From Chiloscyllium plagiosum (taxonomy: Eukaryota): a DNA stretch of 64,000 nt. The stretch lies in the NCBI RefSeq assembly GCF_004010195.1, contig NC_057714.1:7866492-7930491 (forward strand), read 5' to 3'. Position numbers and translations under genes: made by a program. Below the pieces are notes generated by a model. That model saw only the letters and a list, made by a program, of their open reading frames with translations. It made no database searches and was not told the origin of the DNA. Each line of letters begins with the position of its first letter. The first letter of the stretch is position 1. Positions 25,689 through 37,800 of the stretch are shown here, piece by piece.

Positions 25689-27381
25689 GAGCGCGAAACC
25701 ACAAGAAGTTAGTCTGGGCCTTTCTGTTTGGTAGTGAGTTCTTATTTGCTCATTCTGCTAAACAGTACAGAAAAAAATCGTATTTCAGTTTGTTTTCGTT
25801 GCCCCTCTCTCTTTGAGCTTGTGTTAATGTATAAGTGGTAGAGGAAGTGTCGCAAACACTCTGCATTCCACAGCACACTATAATTATACGGCATTTAGGA
25901 TTAATTGTTTTATAAGTGCGAAGTGTAAGTGTTTCTGCTTCTCTAGTCGTTACTATGTGATGATTTACTCCTCAAATTGTATTCTAATTGTTTCAATGGA
26001 TAGGTTTAAATATAATTTGACACCCTTCAAATGATGAACGTAGTGGATATGCCCATTTGCAAATGATAAATATGGTATTGTATATGTCAATAGTTTACTG
26101 CAAGGTTTCTTACTGCTTTTGGTTTTGTCTAATGAAGAGGACGCAGTGTTCAGTTAGCTTGTGCCATGTTTTCTCTACCAAGAGAAGCAAATATATTTGC
26201 TTGTGACTTGACAGCCATAGGATAAAACAAATTCAGCCTGGCGACGCTATTGCTTAAATTGAAATTTTGCGAATTAAAATTTCTTAAATCTATATTAAAT
26301 ATATACAGTAATATATATATAAATAAACTATCCGATTTCTAAAAGGTTAGCCTTCAATTATAGCTGCCGAAAAGTTTTTGTATGAAATAAGCTGTGAAAG
26401 GAAACTTAGCACTGTGAAATTGATCGGTAGATGTCCTTGTTTCAGAGAGAAAAAGATAGACAGAATACGTGGTAGGAATGACTATTTAGTTTCTAAGGCC
26501 ATTAAATACGGCAATTTTCACTGAATGCAGAATTAAAGACGTAGCTGAATCCGCGGGTAAATCATGAAATATTCTTCATGTTTATTGCAGCGAAGCTAGA
26601 ACCAGCATCGGACACAGAGCTCTTGTTTTGATTAGGTGGATTACTATTTGTTAAGTGGACCCTCTTTTGTTGGATCTTGCATAGCATTTCATCGTATCGA
26701 ACCAACACTAAACTGTGTGCAAAGAACTTGCTTCCACGTAAATTTAGGCACAAGATCATGTTTATTTTCCAATTAAAATGGAATTCTGGTTTAACATGTA
26801 CCGTGTACGAAAGTAAACTGGAACGATTTAAACTCATTTCCAATATACGTGACCTGATTTTTAAGAACGCAAAGGTTGGTTTAATAGTTTAGGTTCGCGA
26901 TGGCTTCAAATTTTCGCCGAAACGCGAATAAATGCTCAATACTATGAATTACACGGACTAAAGAGAAATTTGAGAAGAGTAGCAGATGAAAGAATTGGCG
27001 TTTTGATGTTGTGTGATGCCGTTTTTCCCTGAGCAAATCTCCGATGACATCCAAGACGTATAAAGACAGTAAGCGCATAATAACTACAATTAAATCTGTT
27101 TTTTTTAAAAAATCAAATCAAATCAGTGACAAGACACCCTCAAGTCCTATTTGTAACACTGTCAGCGGCAGCATATTTTTAAACATCTCAGCCTAGGGAT
27201 TGAACAACTGCAACATTGTCTGGCGTGAATCTTTTCTTTTTGAAAGATGCCCCTCCACATTGTTTTATGTGATTTATTCTACGAAATGTAACGGTTACGT
27301 TTGAAATGTGTGGGTAGCCTTAATTCGACCCAAGGCCGATTGCCCAGTTTATCAGAACCACAGGACTCATGGCTTCAGTCT

Positions 27382-27395
27382 CCAGAGGGTGGCGC
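27382..27395 (+). promoter_or_regulatory. candidate CTCF site (HoxA5|6 interval)
   Basis: CCAGAGGGTGGCGC resembles the CTCF core. Motif only. Confidence 0.4.
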
Positions 27396-27479
27396 GCAAG
27401 GACAACCCAAAGCTACTGCGGGGAGCCGGCGGCGCGCCCTGGTGCGCGTGCCCCACGCTCTTCCTTCCACGCAACCTTC

Positions 27480-27690
27480 CAGTTTGGAGCCACAGTGCAC
27501 GGATTTACCTCTAGAGGTCATCAGCGAGAATTTACGACTGGACAACAAAAGCACGTGATTCCAAGTCGTACCCCATATTTGGGCGCCTACGTAGGAGGGA
27601 ACGAAGTACATGTCCCAGTCATTTCCATAATTCATCATAAATTGTGCAGGGTGCTAGACGCACAAGCGACCAAGAGCCACAAATCAAGTA
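27480..27690 (+). promoter_or_regulatory. Ultraconserved HoxA5 promoter / leader
   Basis: GGATTTACCTCTAGAGGTCATCAG...TTTACGACTGGACAACAAAAGCACGTGATT...CCCCATATTTGGG...CATAATTCATCATAAATTGTGCA is near-identical to the recalled mammalian Hox5 upstream block. Confidence 0.85.
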
Positions 27691-27714
27691 AAAATAAATA
27701 AATAAAAAAATCAA

Positions 27715-28294
27715 ATGAGCTCTTACTTTGTAAACTCATTCTGCGGTCGCTATCCAAATGGCCCGGACTACCAGTTACATAATTATGGAGATCATAGCTC
27801 GGTGAGCGAGCAATACAGGGATTCTGCAACGATGCATTCCAGCAGGTACGGCTACGGCTACAATGGGATGGATCTCAGCATTAGTCGTCCAGCATCTAAC
27901 CACTTTAATGCCAGTGAAAGATCTCGAAGCTACTCTACAGCAGCAACAACAGCAGCAGCAGGACCAGAAGCAGGAGCAGACACCAGGTACAACCAACCTG
28001 CCACATCCACTCAGTCTCCTTCACCTGACCCTCTACCCTGTTCCGCCGTGGTCAGTCCGCCTGCTAGCGACAACCACCACGGAATCAAAAACTCCATAGC
28101 AAGCCCAACTACCTCCTCAAATTCCAGCAGCAGCAGCAGCAGTCTCATCAGTAGAGATGGGGTTGGCACATCGCCTGGTACTGAAGATGACACCCCGGCA
28201 AGCAGCGACCCTCCAAGTTCACAGAACGGGCAAAGCACAGCACAACAACAGCCTCAGATTTACCCCTGGATGCGAAAACTGCACATAAGTCACG
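27715..28294 (+). CDS. HOXA5: Homeobox protein Hox-A5, exon 1
   Basis: [37 protein letters not shown]...[13 protein letters not shown]. Donor ACG|GTAAAA at 28295. Confidence 0.98.
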
Positions 28295-28728
28295 GTAAAA
28301 TCCCTCCTCTCTTATCTTTTCATTAGTGGAGTCCTGAATTACTCTGAATGCTGAAAATCAAATTGCTAACTATGCACGCTAATGTTTCTGAATATCTCTG
28401 GAAGGGTCATCGTATTAAAGTTGCTAATGTATTTGGAACTATTTGGGTGGTGGGATATTTATTAGTAAGGTGTCTAGTTTTGTACCAGTAATGCAAATGT
28501 AAATAGGAATTGCTGGATAGAAAAAGGTGCGGTTTATGATGGGACAGCTTTGTCCAAGAGGGCACTTTCACATTTAGTTATAGTTAAGTTTCTAAAGTAA
28601 TTTTGGTATTAAGATACAGCAAGAGCGTAAGGGTTAGCGTAGACATGTCTGGGCTAGATTTCGGACTTCTGCCTTCTTTATGTGTTTTGTAATGTATTTC
28701 ATATTCGACAATGTACTGTTAGCACTAA

Positions 28729-29019
<291 letters not shown>

Positions 29020-29477
29020 TCAATAGAAGTACTGGGCAGTAGCTGACCAATTAGCATAATGTCAATACAGTACTGACTTCCAAAACTCCTCTCCCGTGTT
29101 ACTTCTATGAAGAAAACCATTCCCATGTTGCCCTGCCCCAATCTTTGAATCGTTAGTCTGTTTTCTGGTCGTACTGTTGCCTGTACAAGTAATCTGCTTA
29201 CAGTATATTGTCTAGGAGTAACAACAATGTTGTAGGAGTAGGATAGCCTTGTGAATTATAGCTGTTTAACTTATTTATATTAATACAAGCGGTGTTACTT
29301 GAAGTAACTGTATAAAATCGTCCAGTTAAAATGTAACAATGTGTTGCACTCTGCAAAAAAAGTGTATGTAAGTGTTAGTGTTGCTAAATGTCAAAATAGC
29401 TCCAAGCTTGCAATATGTATTTAATTTCAGATTATTGTCCTCTGTAATTGATATCGTAGTGTTAAATCACTGAGATG

Positions 29478-29484
29478 CTACCTA
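29478..29484 (+). promoter_or_regulatory. miR-196 7mer-A1 site in HoxA5 3' UTR
   Basis: CTACCTA lies upstream of AATAAA at 29713-29718. Confidence 0.5.
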
Positions 29485-30499
29485 TTCTGTGTTATTAGTG
29501 AGCAGTGAATTTTGTGAAGGATATTGCGACTCTGAACTGTATGTCTATGCTGTGCCTTTGTATGACTTTGCACGAACTCCAATAAGTGGCTCTTAGCGCA
29601 GCGTCAGTGTATGTTTTTGTGACAAAGGATAAATATAAAGCCTAAAAGACTGGCAGTTTAAGAAATTCGTGATGAGCTTTTGTATTTGTTTTTAAAACTG
29701 ACTGGAAGTTAAAATAAAGTTTCTATAGTAACTTTCCTGGACTTTGGCCTCCCAGATAAGTTTTTCTGCTGCGTCTGCTGACCTATGGTGTAAATTGTTT
29801 CGAATACTTCCGTGTATTACAGTTTCAGTTCAATACTCCCACTAAAACCAGTGAGTTTCTCCTAATTTGTTTAACTTCGCACAAGTCCTCCAGAGGGAAA
29901 ACCGTGCAGCTTGGGTTTACAACAGGCAATCAAGTTGCGAAAACTTATAAAGTCGGGCAATCAACAAGCAGATTTTCTCAATCTTTGGTTGTTGCAAATT
30001 TCAGAGTTTTGCAAGCAATGGCCAATACAGTACCTAAACGTCGTGCTATATTGTAATTTGGCATTTTTACGCAGTTCAAATTAAATTCGCCTCTTGCAGC
30101 ATTGTTTCATGCGCCTTGTCTTTTGCGCACTTCAGCACCGTTTGTTGAACCACACATTTCCCGCTAACACCCAATTTCTTTGTTGTTGTTGTTGCTAATC
30201 TTGCATTTACACACACCATCTTTGTAGACATGACTTTTCGGAAACTCTATAGTTTTGGTGTGAGGAAAAAGGGAAACCTGAAGCACATCAACCACTTTGT
30301 TCCGCAGGTAGGCGTTAGTCACGTTCTCTCAAGCACTCGACCAAAGCGTCGCGTAAACCTTTCCCAACAGGTATTTTTCACTTTATAGAGTTAACTTTAC
30401 TTACCGCGTGAAGGCAGGACAGAAAATTCGCCTCTTAGTTCCTGACAGCAAGGGGGATCAGCACTTTTACCCTTTCTGCTTAGTGAGTGCTTGTCCTTT

Positions 30500-30725
30500 A
30501 AAGTTATAATCAATAAACTTTTATACACCTCAGTTCCGGCTATATGACATTTGGGTGCCAAATGAATAGGGTTTTGTCTATGAATTAGATCGTAAAATCA
30601 TCCATAGCACAGACTGATAGCCTCACTGGCTATAAAAAATCACGTGGTGTCATTAAAGTAAGTTTTATGGTTTTGGGGAGTTGACAACCAACAGTATATT
30701 CTACATAACATATAATCTCACTGAC
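30500..30725 (+). promoter_or_regulatory. Conserved Hox5-Hox4 element / internal promoter
   Basis: TATGACATTTGGGTGCCAAATGAATAGGG...GATCGTAAAATCATCC...ACTGGCTATAAAAAATCACGTGG...GTTTTATGGTTTTGGGGAGTTGACA is recalled as a block shared by several Hox clusters 3' of Hox5. Confidence 0.75.
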
Positions 30726-30752
30726 GCTGGACTTCATTTGGTTCCTTTGCAG

Positions 30753-30861
30753 ATTGTGTGTGCAGACAGGCCACTCAAATGGCTAATTTTCATGTTCAGA
30801 GGACTATCCACAGCTCCACAACTCCAATGCACAGGAAAGTTGTGTTTTCTTGCAAGAGAAG
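30753..30861 (+). ncRNA. candidate non-coding exon of long HoxA3/HoxA4 5' UTR isoforms
   Basis: Acceptor GGTTCCTTTGCAG (AG at 30751-30752) and donor AAG|GTAAAT (30862) bound a 109-nt segment. Confidence 0.5.
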
Positions 30862-32455
30862 GTAAATTTTGTTGAAATATTAACGTTAATTACTTTTCAC
30901 GAGGAGTTTTGGCCCAGTAAAATGGATTAAACTGCACCCAGAGTGCACTGAGGCAGAAACATGTCTGGGAAAAGTGTTGGCTGGGTTCTTTCTGTGGTGA
31001 TATAGAACTTCTCTTTGGCAAATATATACGAATGAGCAAGATTAAAAAGAAATAACTTTTTGGAGACCAGTGTGTCCCAATTTAAAACTCTTTTATGTGT
31101 TAGAAGCTTGTACAGCATATTCAACTGATGTTCATTCAATGCCCTGGCATTGTTCAACATCTTAATACTTTTTTAATTCTTGACTTGGGTTACTTTCCCC
31201 CGCAATTTCTGTAGTGTCATTATTTACTTTTTTTCTTGAGGGTAGTGTTATGCTTCTGCCTACAGTTGGTACTGTTGAGACTTATGTATTTTCAGATTAC
31301 TTGTCATGCATTTTGGGTAATTGTGTAGCATTGGTACCTTAGTGCACATCGTGAAAGCATTGCAGTTAGCTTTTACTTTGAGCGTTCCAGCACAACTTCT
31401 GTCGTCACACAAGACCTGGCTGAGGTACTGTGCAATGCATTACATGCAGCAGTTCACGCAGCCAAATGTCTCACCCTTATTTTCAGTTTAAACTTTAATG
31501 GGGACAGACAACCCTCTCTTGAGGAATGAAAGTACACGGTTGCAAATAGATACGTTAATACAGAATAACATTAAAATCCTAATCCAAATTACCTGGAATG
31601 AGATATAGATATAAACAATCTATGAGTTAAAAGGGAGATCCTTTGAAATCCAGCCAGCGGAAGAGTTACTGCAACTTTAAATCTGACTGTTGTAACACCA
31701 ACATTGCTTTTAGTCAATTGCAGGTTTCCCACAGTTGTGACTGACGAACCATAAAGTTTATGACCGGCTTTTCATTCTTTGAAGCTTCCGCTAGTCTAGT
31801 GGGGTTTTGGAGATATGCAAGTATAATTTTCACCATTAATACGTACTGTTTTGAATCAAAAGTATAACATTTAGTAGATTTGGAAGATGTTCCTTAGTTT
31901 ATTTAGCTATTCAACATTTCTCTGTTAAAACAAATCCAAACTATATCACAAGGGAGTGGAGATGGCAGGCGGCCATACGTTTAAAAGGGATAATACGATA
32001 GCAAGCAATTACCCTGCAGAATTCCTACTCAAAACATTCCAATACAATTAGGTCTGTTTTACGATGTGCAATAAAGATTCAACAGTAAATAAAGGAAATC
32101 AGCACCAATATCACTATAGTAGTTCCGGATCGGCCATGCCAATCGCGTCAATCTGTTGTAATTTCCTTCGTATTAGTTTATATTTAAATATGACAGTTCA
32201 ATATATATCATCTGTGCAGGCCACTTAAATCCTTTTTACAATAAGGCAAAATAATTTTTAGTTTCACTCAGTGCTACACTGGCACACTGTATTCTGGTTA
32301 TAAAATTTGCAATTGATTTACTTGTAGTTTTTCCTAATCATTAGTGATAATCCATTATTTCGTTTCAATTTGCACAAAGGTCAGAGCTATTGATATATTT
32401 ATTTGCTTGCTGAAGTCTCTAAAACTTTTCAGTTTAAAAACCGAAACTCCGAAGT

Positions 32456-32522
32456 GGGACGGGGGTGGGGGGGGTGGCGAAGAGGGTGTGGTATGATGGG
32501 GGTTGGGGTTGGGGCAGGGTGG
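32456..32522 (+). repeat. G-rich low-complexity tract (G4 potential)
   Basis: Multiple G4-G9 runs. Confidence 0.7.
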
Positions 32523-35287
32523 ACGTGCTGCTAGAGTGGATGTAGTGTATTCAAAAAAACTAAACATGTAAATGTTTATTTAAACTTAGCAACAAAATCT
32601 GCATACAGAGTGTAAATAATCTGTGGACATCAGTGTAAAGACTCAGTATCATTATGGAGTTCCTTTCAAGAAGTACTAAATTCCCGAACTTTCTTTAATC
32701 AATAAGGTAGTTATGTATTCCCCAAACGTAGGGATTTTCTTGCTTCTGCATTTAATAAACATGTGGTAAGCAAGCTTTGTGTTTGTGTGTTGCGCAGAGT
32801 TTCTGAAGAGAATTGTGTGAAATTGTCTTACAGGAGATATCTTTCTTTGCTTAGGGCTGCTACCTTCTGTATGTGTGAATTGATACATTTTTAGGAGAGC
32901 GCGGGTGCTTTGTGGGACTATTTTACAAATTGTCTTTATGCAACCTTTTCACTGAAGGGAAACATGATCTGCAACTTAAAACCCATTTGTTCCATTGGTC
33001 AAACAGATTATCAATGAATTCTTAATTTTCTGTCACCACAGAGTGTTTAATCTGAAATCAGCGATTCAGTTTTCCCTCATAAGTCTCTTTTACAATAAGT
33101 AAATCTGATTGGCCAGTCTAAATCTAAATCTAATGTCTTTATTCTTTCTGAAATTAAGCTATTGGCAAAGTTTTGTTTGAGGCAATTAATCCGGAGCTAT
33201 CAGATATCATATCTTTAACACCGCAGCTCATTAATCAGTGTTTCTTTTAAAAAAATAAAAATAGTCATTGCATGGTTTGCCAAAAATTCTCTGGAGCGTA
33301 ACACGGGAAAGATACAAGTGCAAAACAACTAACAAGTTGCGGGTAGTAAAACAGGTCGCCATAAAATCTGGAATGTGACGTGCTGACGTTTCGTCTGTGC
33401 TAAGGGCATCGAAAGGACAGCACATTTTTCAATAGCGATGTATGCTAGTTTGTCTTTTGGACACAATAGAATTTTGCCTAAGCTTTGCAAATGAGCTTCT
33501 TGAAGAAATCCAAAGCTGGACCTACTGTTAGCTTAACGCAGTTTCCTAGCTGTAAATCTGTGCAGCTGCATATTATGTGAGAACGTGATGAATCTTCTTG
33601 GGCCCCCTTTCAGCGGTTTTAGGGGGTCCGCAGCATTGTGATTTTCTATTTGGAAGCAAAGTAACAGATAAATGTTTTGGCCTTCATTAACGCCGTTTAA
33701 TAACTCGAAAGATTAAGCATTAATTTTTCTTCATGAAAACAGTATTTCATTATCAGGGAAATAATTAACAATATGTGTATAGCAATATCGTCATGCATCT
33801 AGTATAATCTAGTATATCCTTTTCATATTACGTAATGATCAGGGTGGATACAGTTTTTATAGATTGGGTTTCTATTTCATTGATTACTATTATATCGGAT
33901 TTTAACGATCTGGTTAGTTATCATTGAGCTTTTAATGAAATCCTCCACCTTCTAAACATCACTATGAAGGCGTTTGATAGAAAACAATGCAACAGAACTT
34001 AAATAGGTTTCAGGGATTGTATCGTGTTTAGATTTTATTTCTTGCTCTCGTTTTGCATGATGCGTTTTGGTACCATTTACGAAATTAACTGTTCTTGAGA
34101 AGGCAAACAATGTGAGGAAGCAAATTGACACGAGATAGTCTCCTGTGAACTTCTCAGCATCGGAGATTCAGTTGCAGAACTACCTTGTCGCAATTGAAGT
34201 CGATCTAACCCTTCGCAAATGGTTTTATTAATAACTGCTCCATTTACTTGAATGCAAGATATTGCAACATAGAGTTGAAGGGTTGTGTTGATATCATTGT
34301 ATCATAGTAAAGTTGACATGGAAAGAAAAACATATGAACTCAGTAATTTTTAAAAATATTTCATTACCCCAAACAAATCGTTTCCTAAGAAAAGTAATTA
34401 TCAGCAGTTCACTTCTCCAAATAACGTATTATTACATAAAAGTAATAATAGCAACATGAATCGCAAAAGATATGTTTTTACATTAGTTAGGATTACAGTT
34501 TTCTTGAATAAGTGGCGGGAAAATTTAAGATTATTTTCAAGAAATGTGCACATTGAATCAATGCACAAAAGGATATTTTAAACTTAATTTTTGGTGTTTT
34601 ATTTGTTACTTCTTCGTCTGACAATTGCAGTTGCACTATATGCTATTTAACATTGCACTTTTTTTCTAAGGGAGTTGCCATTAAAACAATATCTCTCTGG
34701 CACTGTAATAAAAGAAATTGTGAACGCAACTTCTTGCATTCTATATAGAACTTAAATCGTAGTTAATCTAATTGTTCTATTAAGGTTTTTCGTTGTTTAG
34801 ATTGAAGAGGGAATGCGTTCAGGAAAGAGAGAGGGGGAGAGATTTACACGAAACTACATCTGCACACTCTGCGACTCACCAGCAGAGCTCGCTTTAGACC
34901 AAGTTCACAGTCATTTTGCATCAGCATGGACTGGGAGCTCACATATCCATTGTTCTATTAGTGCAACAGAAATAGACTCAAATGCTTAATTTTTTTGTGC
35001 TATCTATAATTCTAAGAGTTGGCTGATACGGTAAAAACTTACCCACTTTGGCACATCCAACTAAATGAAAGAGCACTTGAATAAACAGCTTGCAGACAGT
35101 TGAGGTTCATACCATTTTTGAGATTAAAGAAAGGTTTCACAAATGGGGTAGTGTGTTCAGGATTCCCAGACCTGAAATTAGCAGTACATCATGAAAATAG
35201 TGAACGAAAGGGGATATTATTTCAGTCCTCAGCGATGCTTTGAAAAAAAGGCTCCCTGTACCGCGGTTGGTAGGGCGGTACAACTTT

Positions 35288-35316
35288 AGGTCAAAAAGTT
35301 GAGGGTCAAAAGTTTA
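35288..35316 (+). promoter_or_regulatory. Cluster of nuclear-receptor half sites
   Basis: AGGTCA(35288)-n3-AGTTGA-GGGTCA(35303)-n2-AGTTTA. Confidence 0.45.
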
Positions 35317-37678
35317 CGTTTTGCACGACTTGTAATCATCTGCTCAGACAGAGTTTGATGTCAATGTTATAGCGCGATCTTGACTATCAGCACAAAAGAT
35401 AAAATAGCTTTGAGTTACTCGTGTATCATGCTATGGACTCCAGGTGAACCCGAGCGACTGAACGACCTCAATTACAGACGAAAGGAAAGAAAAAAAAATA
35501 TTCTTTTCATGATCGCGACACGTTGTATTTCATCTTGAAAAATCGACCACGGTAATTTTTCTATCTGTTGTGTATATGCAGCAGGTAAACTTTCAGCAAC
35601 TGTACGAAAAATGAAAATACTTCTCTTCACAACAAAAAGAAATCGAATTATTTTACTTTGGCTCGCCTTTTCCTCGCGTTTTTTTTGTTAGAGGTTTCAA
35701 TACAGCAGTCCTCCGCACGTCGGAGTTTATCCTGCTGTGGTGTACACCGTCTGACTGGTATTATTAGGATGGAAGTTGGAGCTATTTCCCCACAATCTGA
35801 ATTAGTTTTGAAAATGTGAACCCACTGGTATTAATTTAAAATTCAGGGACATTTCAAAAGCAAATTTGTTTGAATTGAGGTCCATTTTAAATAATCTAAT
35901 CAGAAGTATATAGGGCTGATGTGACATTCCTGTCAGTTCGCTCTAAATGCCACAGGAATGCTCTGAGACTCATGGGCGACAGAGAAACTACGTTTGAAGA
36001 GAAATTTTCTTGCTATAAATTCAGGAAATAACTCTTATTGAGGCCCTCCCCTTGTTTATATAAGACAACATCCGATTGCGTCTTTGCCTCTTTCTCTAAC
36101 TCTTAAAATGCATTCCCGCAACAGTATAAAATTTCGTCAACATTATTATGTTGATTTCTTCATTGCTAATACAAATAGACTGTTGCCATTTAATATGAAC
36201 CATGTCTCCTGATGTTTGAAATAAACGGTTACAACTGATTCAACATAGTTAGGAGGTTTTAGTGAAAACAATAGAACAGGTCTTGTTTGTGACACTAAGT
36301 GCTTCAGAGATTATTGCAACCCGGATGTAACAATTAATACCAAACCTAAGAATTTCTTTGCGCATTTTCCGTTGAATTATAATGAAGATAAAAGTCAAAT
36401 ACACTTAACGATGCCTCAATACAGTGTGAAATCATATGAATTCGCCAAGTTTGTATGCTATGTTACTTTCCTTTCTCTATATGAGACAAATTTGGAGTAA
36501 CAAGATACAAATTACTTATAAAACTGATCCGAAGTACAGCAGTGTTGTTCTTCACTATAGAGCTGGAGAATGTGAGCCTTCCAAATTGTAAACATTAGCA
36601 CACAGGTAATGGAGCAGTAAATAAAATATTTGCGGAGAAAAACGAAAGTGATATTTATTATTAACTTTTAAATATATATATAATATACTAAATGTTAACA
36701 GAAGGAAAATCCTTTAGCATTTGAGGCTGCCTGCAGTGCATTATTCAGTCAAGGAAGAAGCCATCTTTATCAGGGCTCCATGCAACGCTTTCCAAAACAA
36801 AACGCATTCCACTTGAAATTTGCAATATTACTTTAAAATAGACCCATGTCTGTTTCGGCCGATAGGATGACAGAGCACATGTCGGAAAATGGACAGGCGA
36901 ATAGAAAGCTCATTGATTTAAATGTAAATGGTCTCGTGTATTCGAAGTATTAGAGATAAAAATTAAGAGATAGAAGTACCCATTATAAAATGATCTGACT
37001 TCTTTATCTCCTGAGAAAACTAAAAAATCTATTCCAAACGAATAATTTCGTTTTATTAATTTGACACTTGTTACTAGATTAGCTTGTGTGACATTAAAAC
37101 GTATTCCTAAACGGCAAACAATAGATTAAGGTCGTTAGATTAATTTTTTTTTCAAAAAAGTTGTTGTCAGTTTTAAAACAGACAATTATGTAATAAAACT
37201 CCCTTCCCCCTTATATCTAACATTCTTTTAGGATTCGATTTTAAAAATAAATAGCAGCCTGTTTAAGCTTGTGTACCTAAAACACGCGGATGGAGGCACC
37301 AATGAGAAGAATTTGAAATGATCTGCAGATGTATTGGTAAAACAAGGCAGCCCTTTGTGTAACTTTTTTGCAAGTTAAATTAATTTACAAACTCCAAAAG
37401 AAAATTGTCTAATCACAGAAGCCGTTAACTAATTCCCAATATGTTCCCACTTCAATTGCTTTCCGGGACTCGTCAAGCCAAACATTACAAATCTATTGAT
37501 TTTTGCTAGAAAACGGGAGCATTTATTTACAAACATTTAAAGGCGATTATCGAGTGGACTATTGAAGCACTCTCATTTTGCCTAGCTTCCCCCTCCACAA
37601 AGGTAATGACCTGGGCAAAACACCCTGGTATTTGAAAGAGCACTATAGGCCTTTTAGAAATGGCTAAGTCCAAGGCCG

Positions 37679-37800
37679 AGGTGAAATTCAGGTCACCGCG
37701 TCTAACAAATATGAAAATGTCGCCTCACGAATGGCACGCCTTGTTACTTAACAAAGACTGTCAATGTATAAGATTAATAAGAAATAAAATGCACACGGTG
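37679..37800 (+). promoter_or_regulatory. HoxA4 5' DR5 retinoic acid response element and flanking conserved block
   Basis: AGGTGA-aattc-AGGTCA at 37679-37695, about 3 kb upstream of the HoxA4 ATG, as for the mammalian HOXA4 RARE. Confidence 0.88.

Noticed and set aside
32010-32021. TACCCTGCAGAA resembling the miR-10 5' end
   Set aside because: It has a mismatch at position 8, no downstream GAATTTGTG and no complementary arm. It is also much farther from Hox4 than miR-10 normally is.
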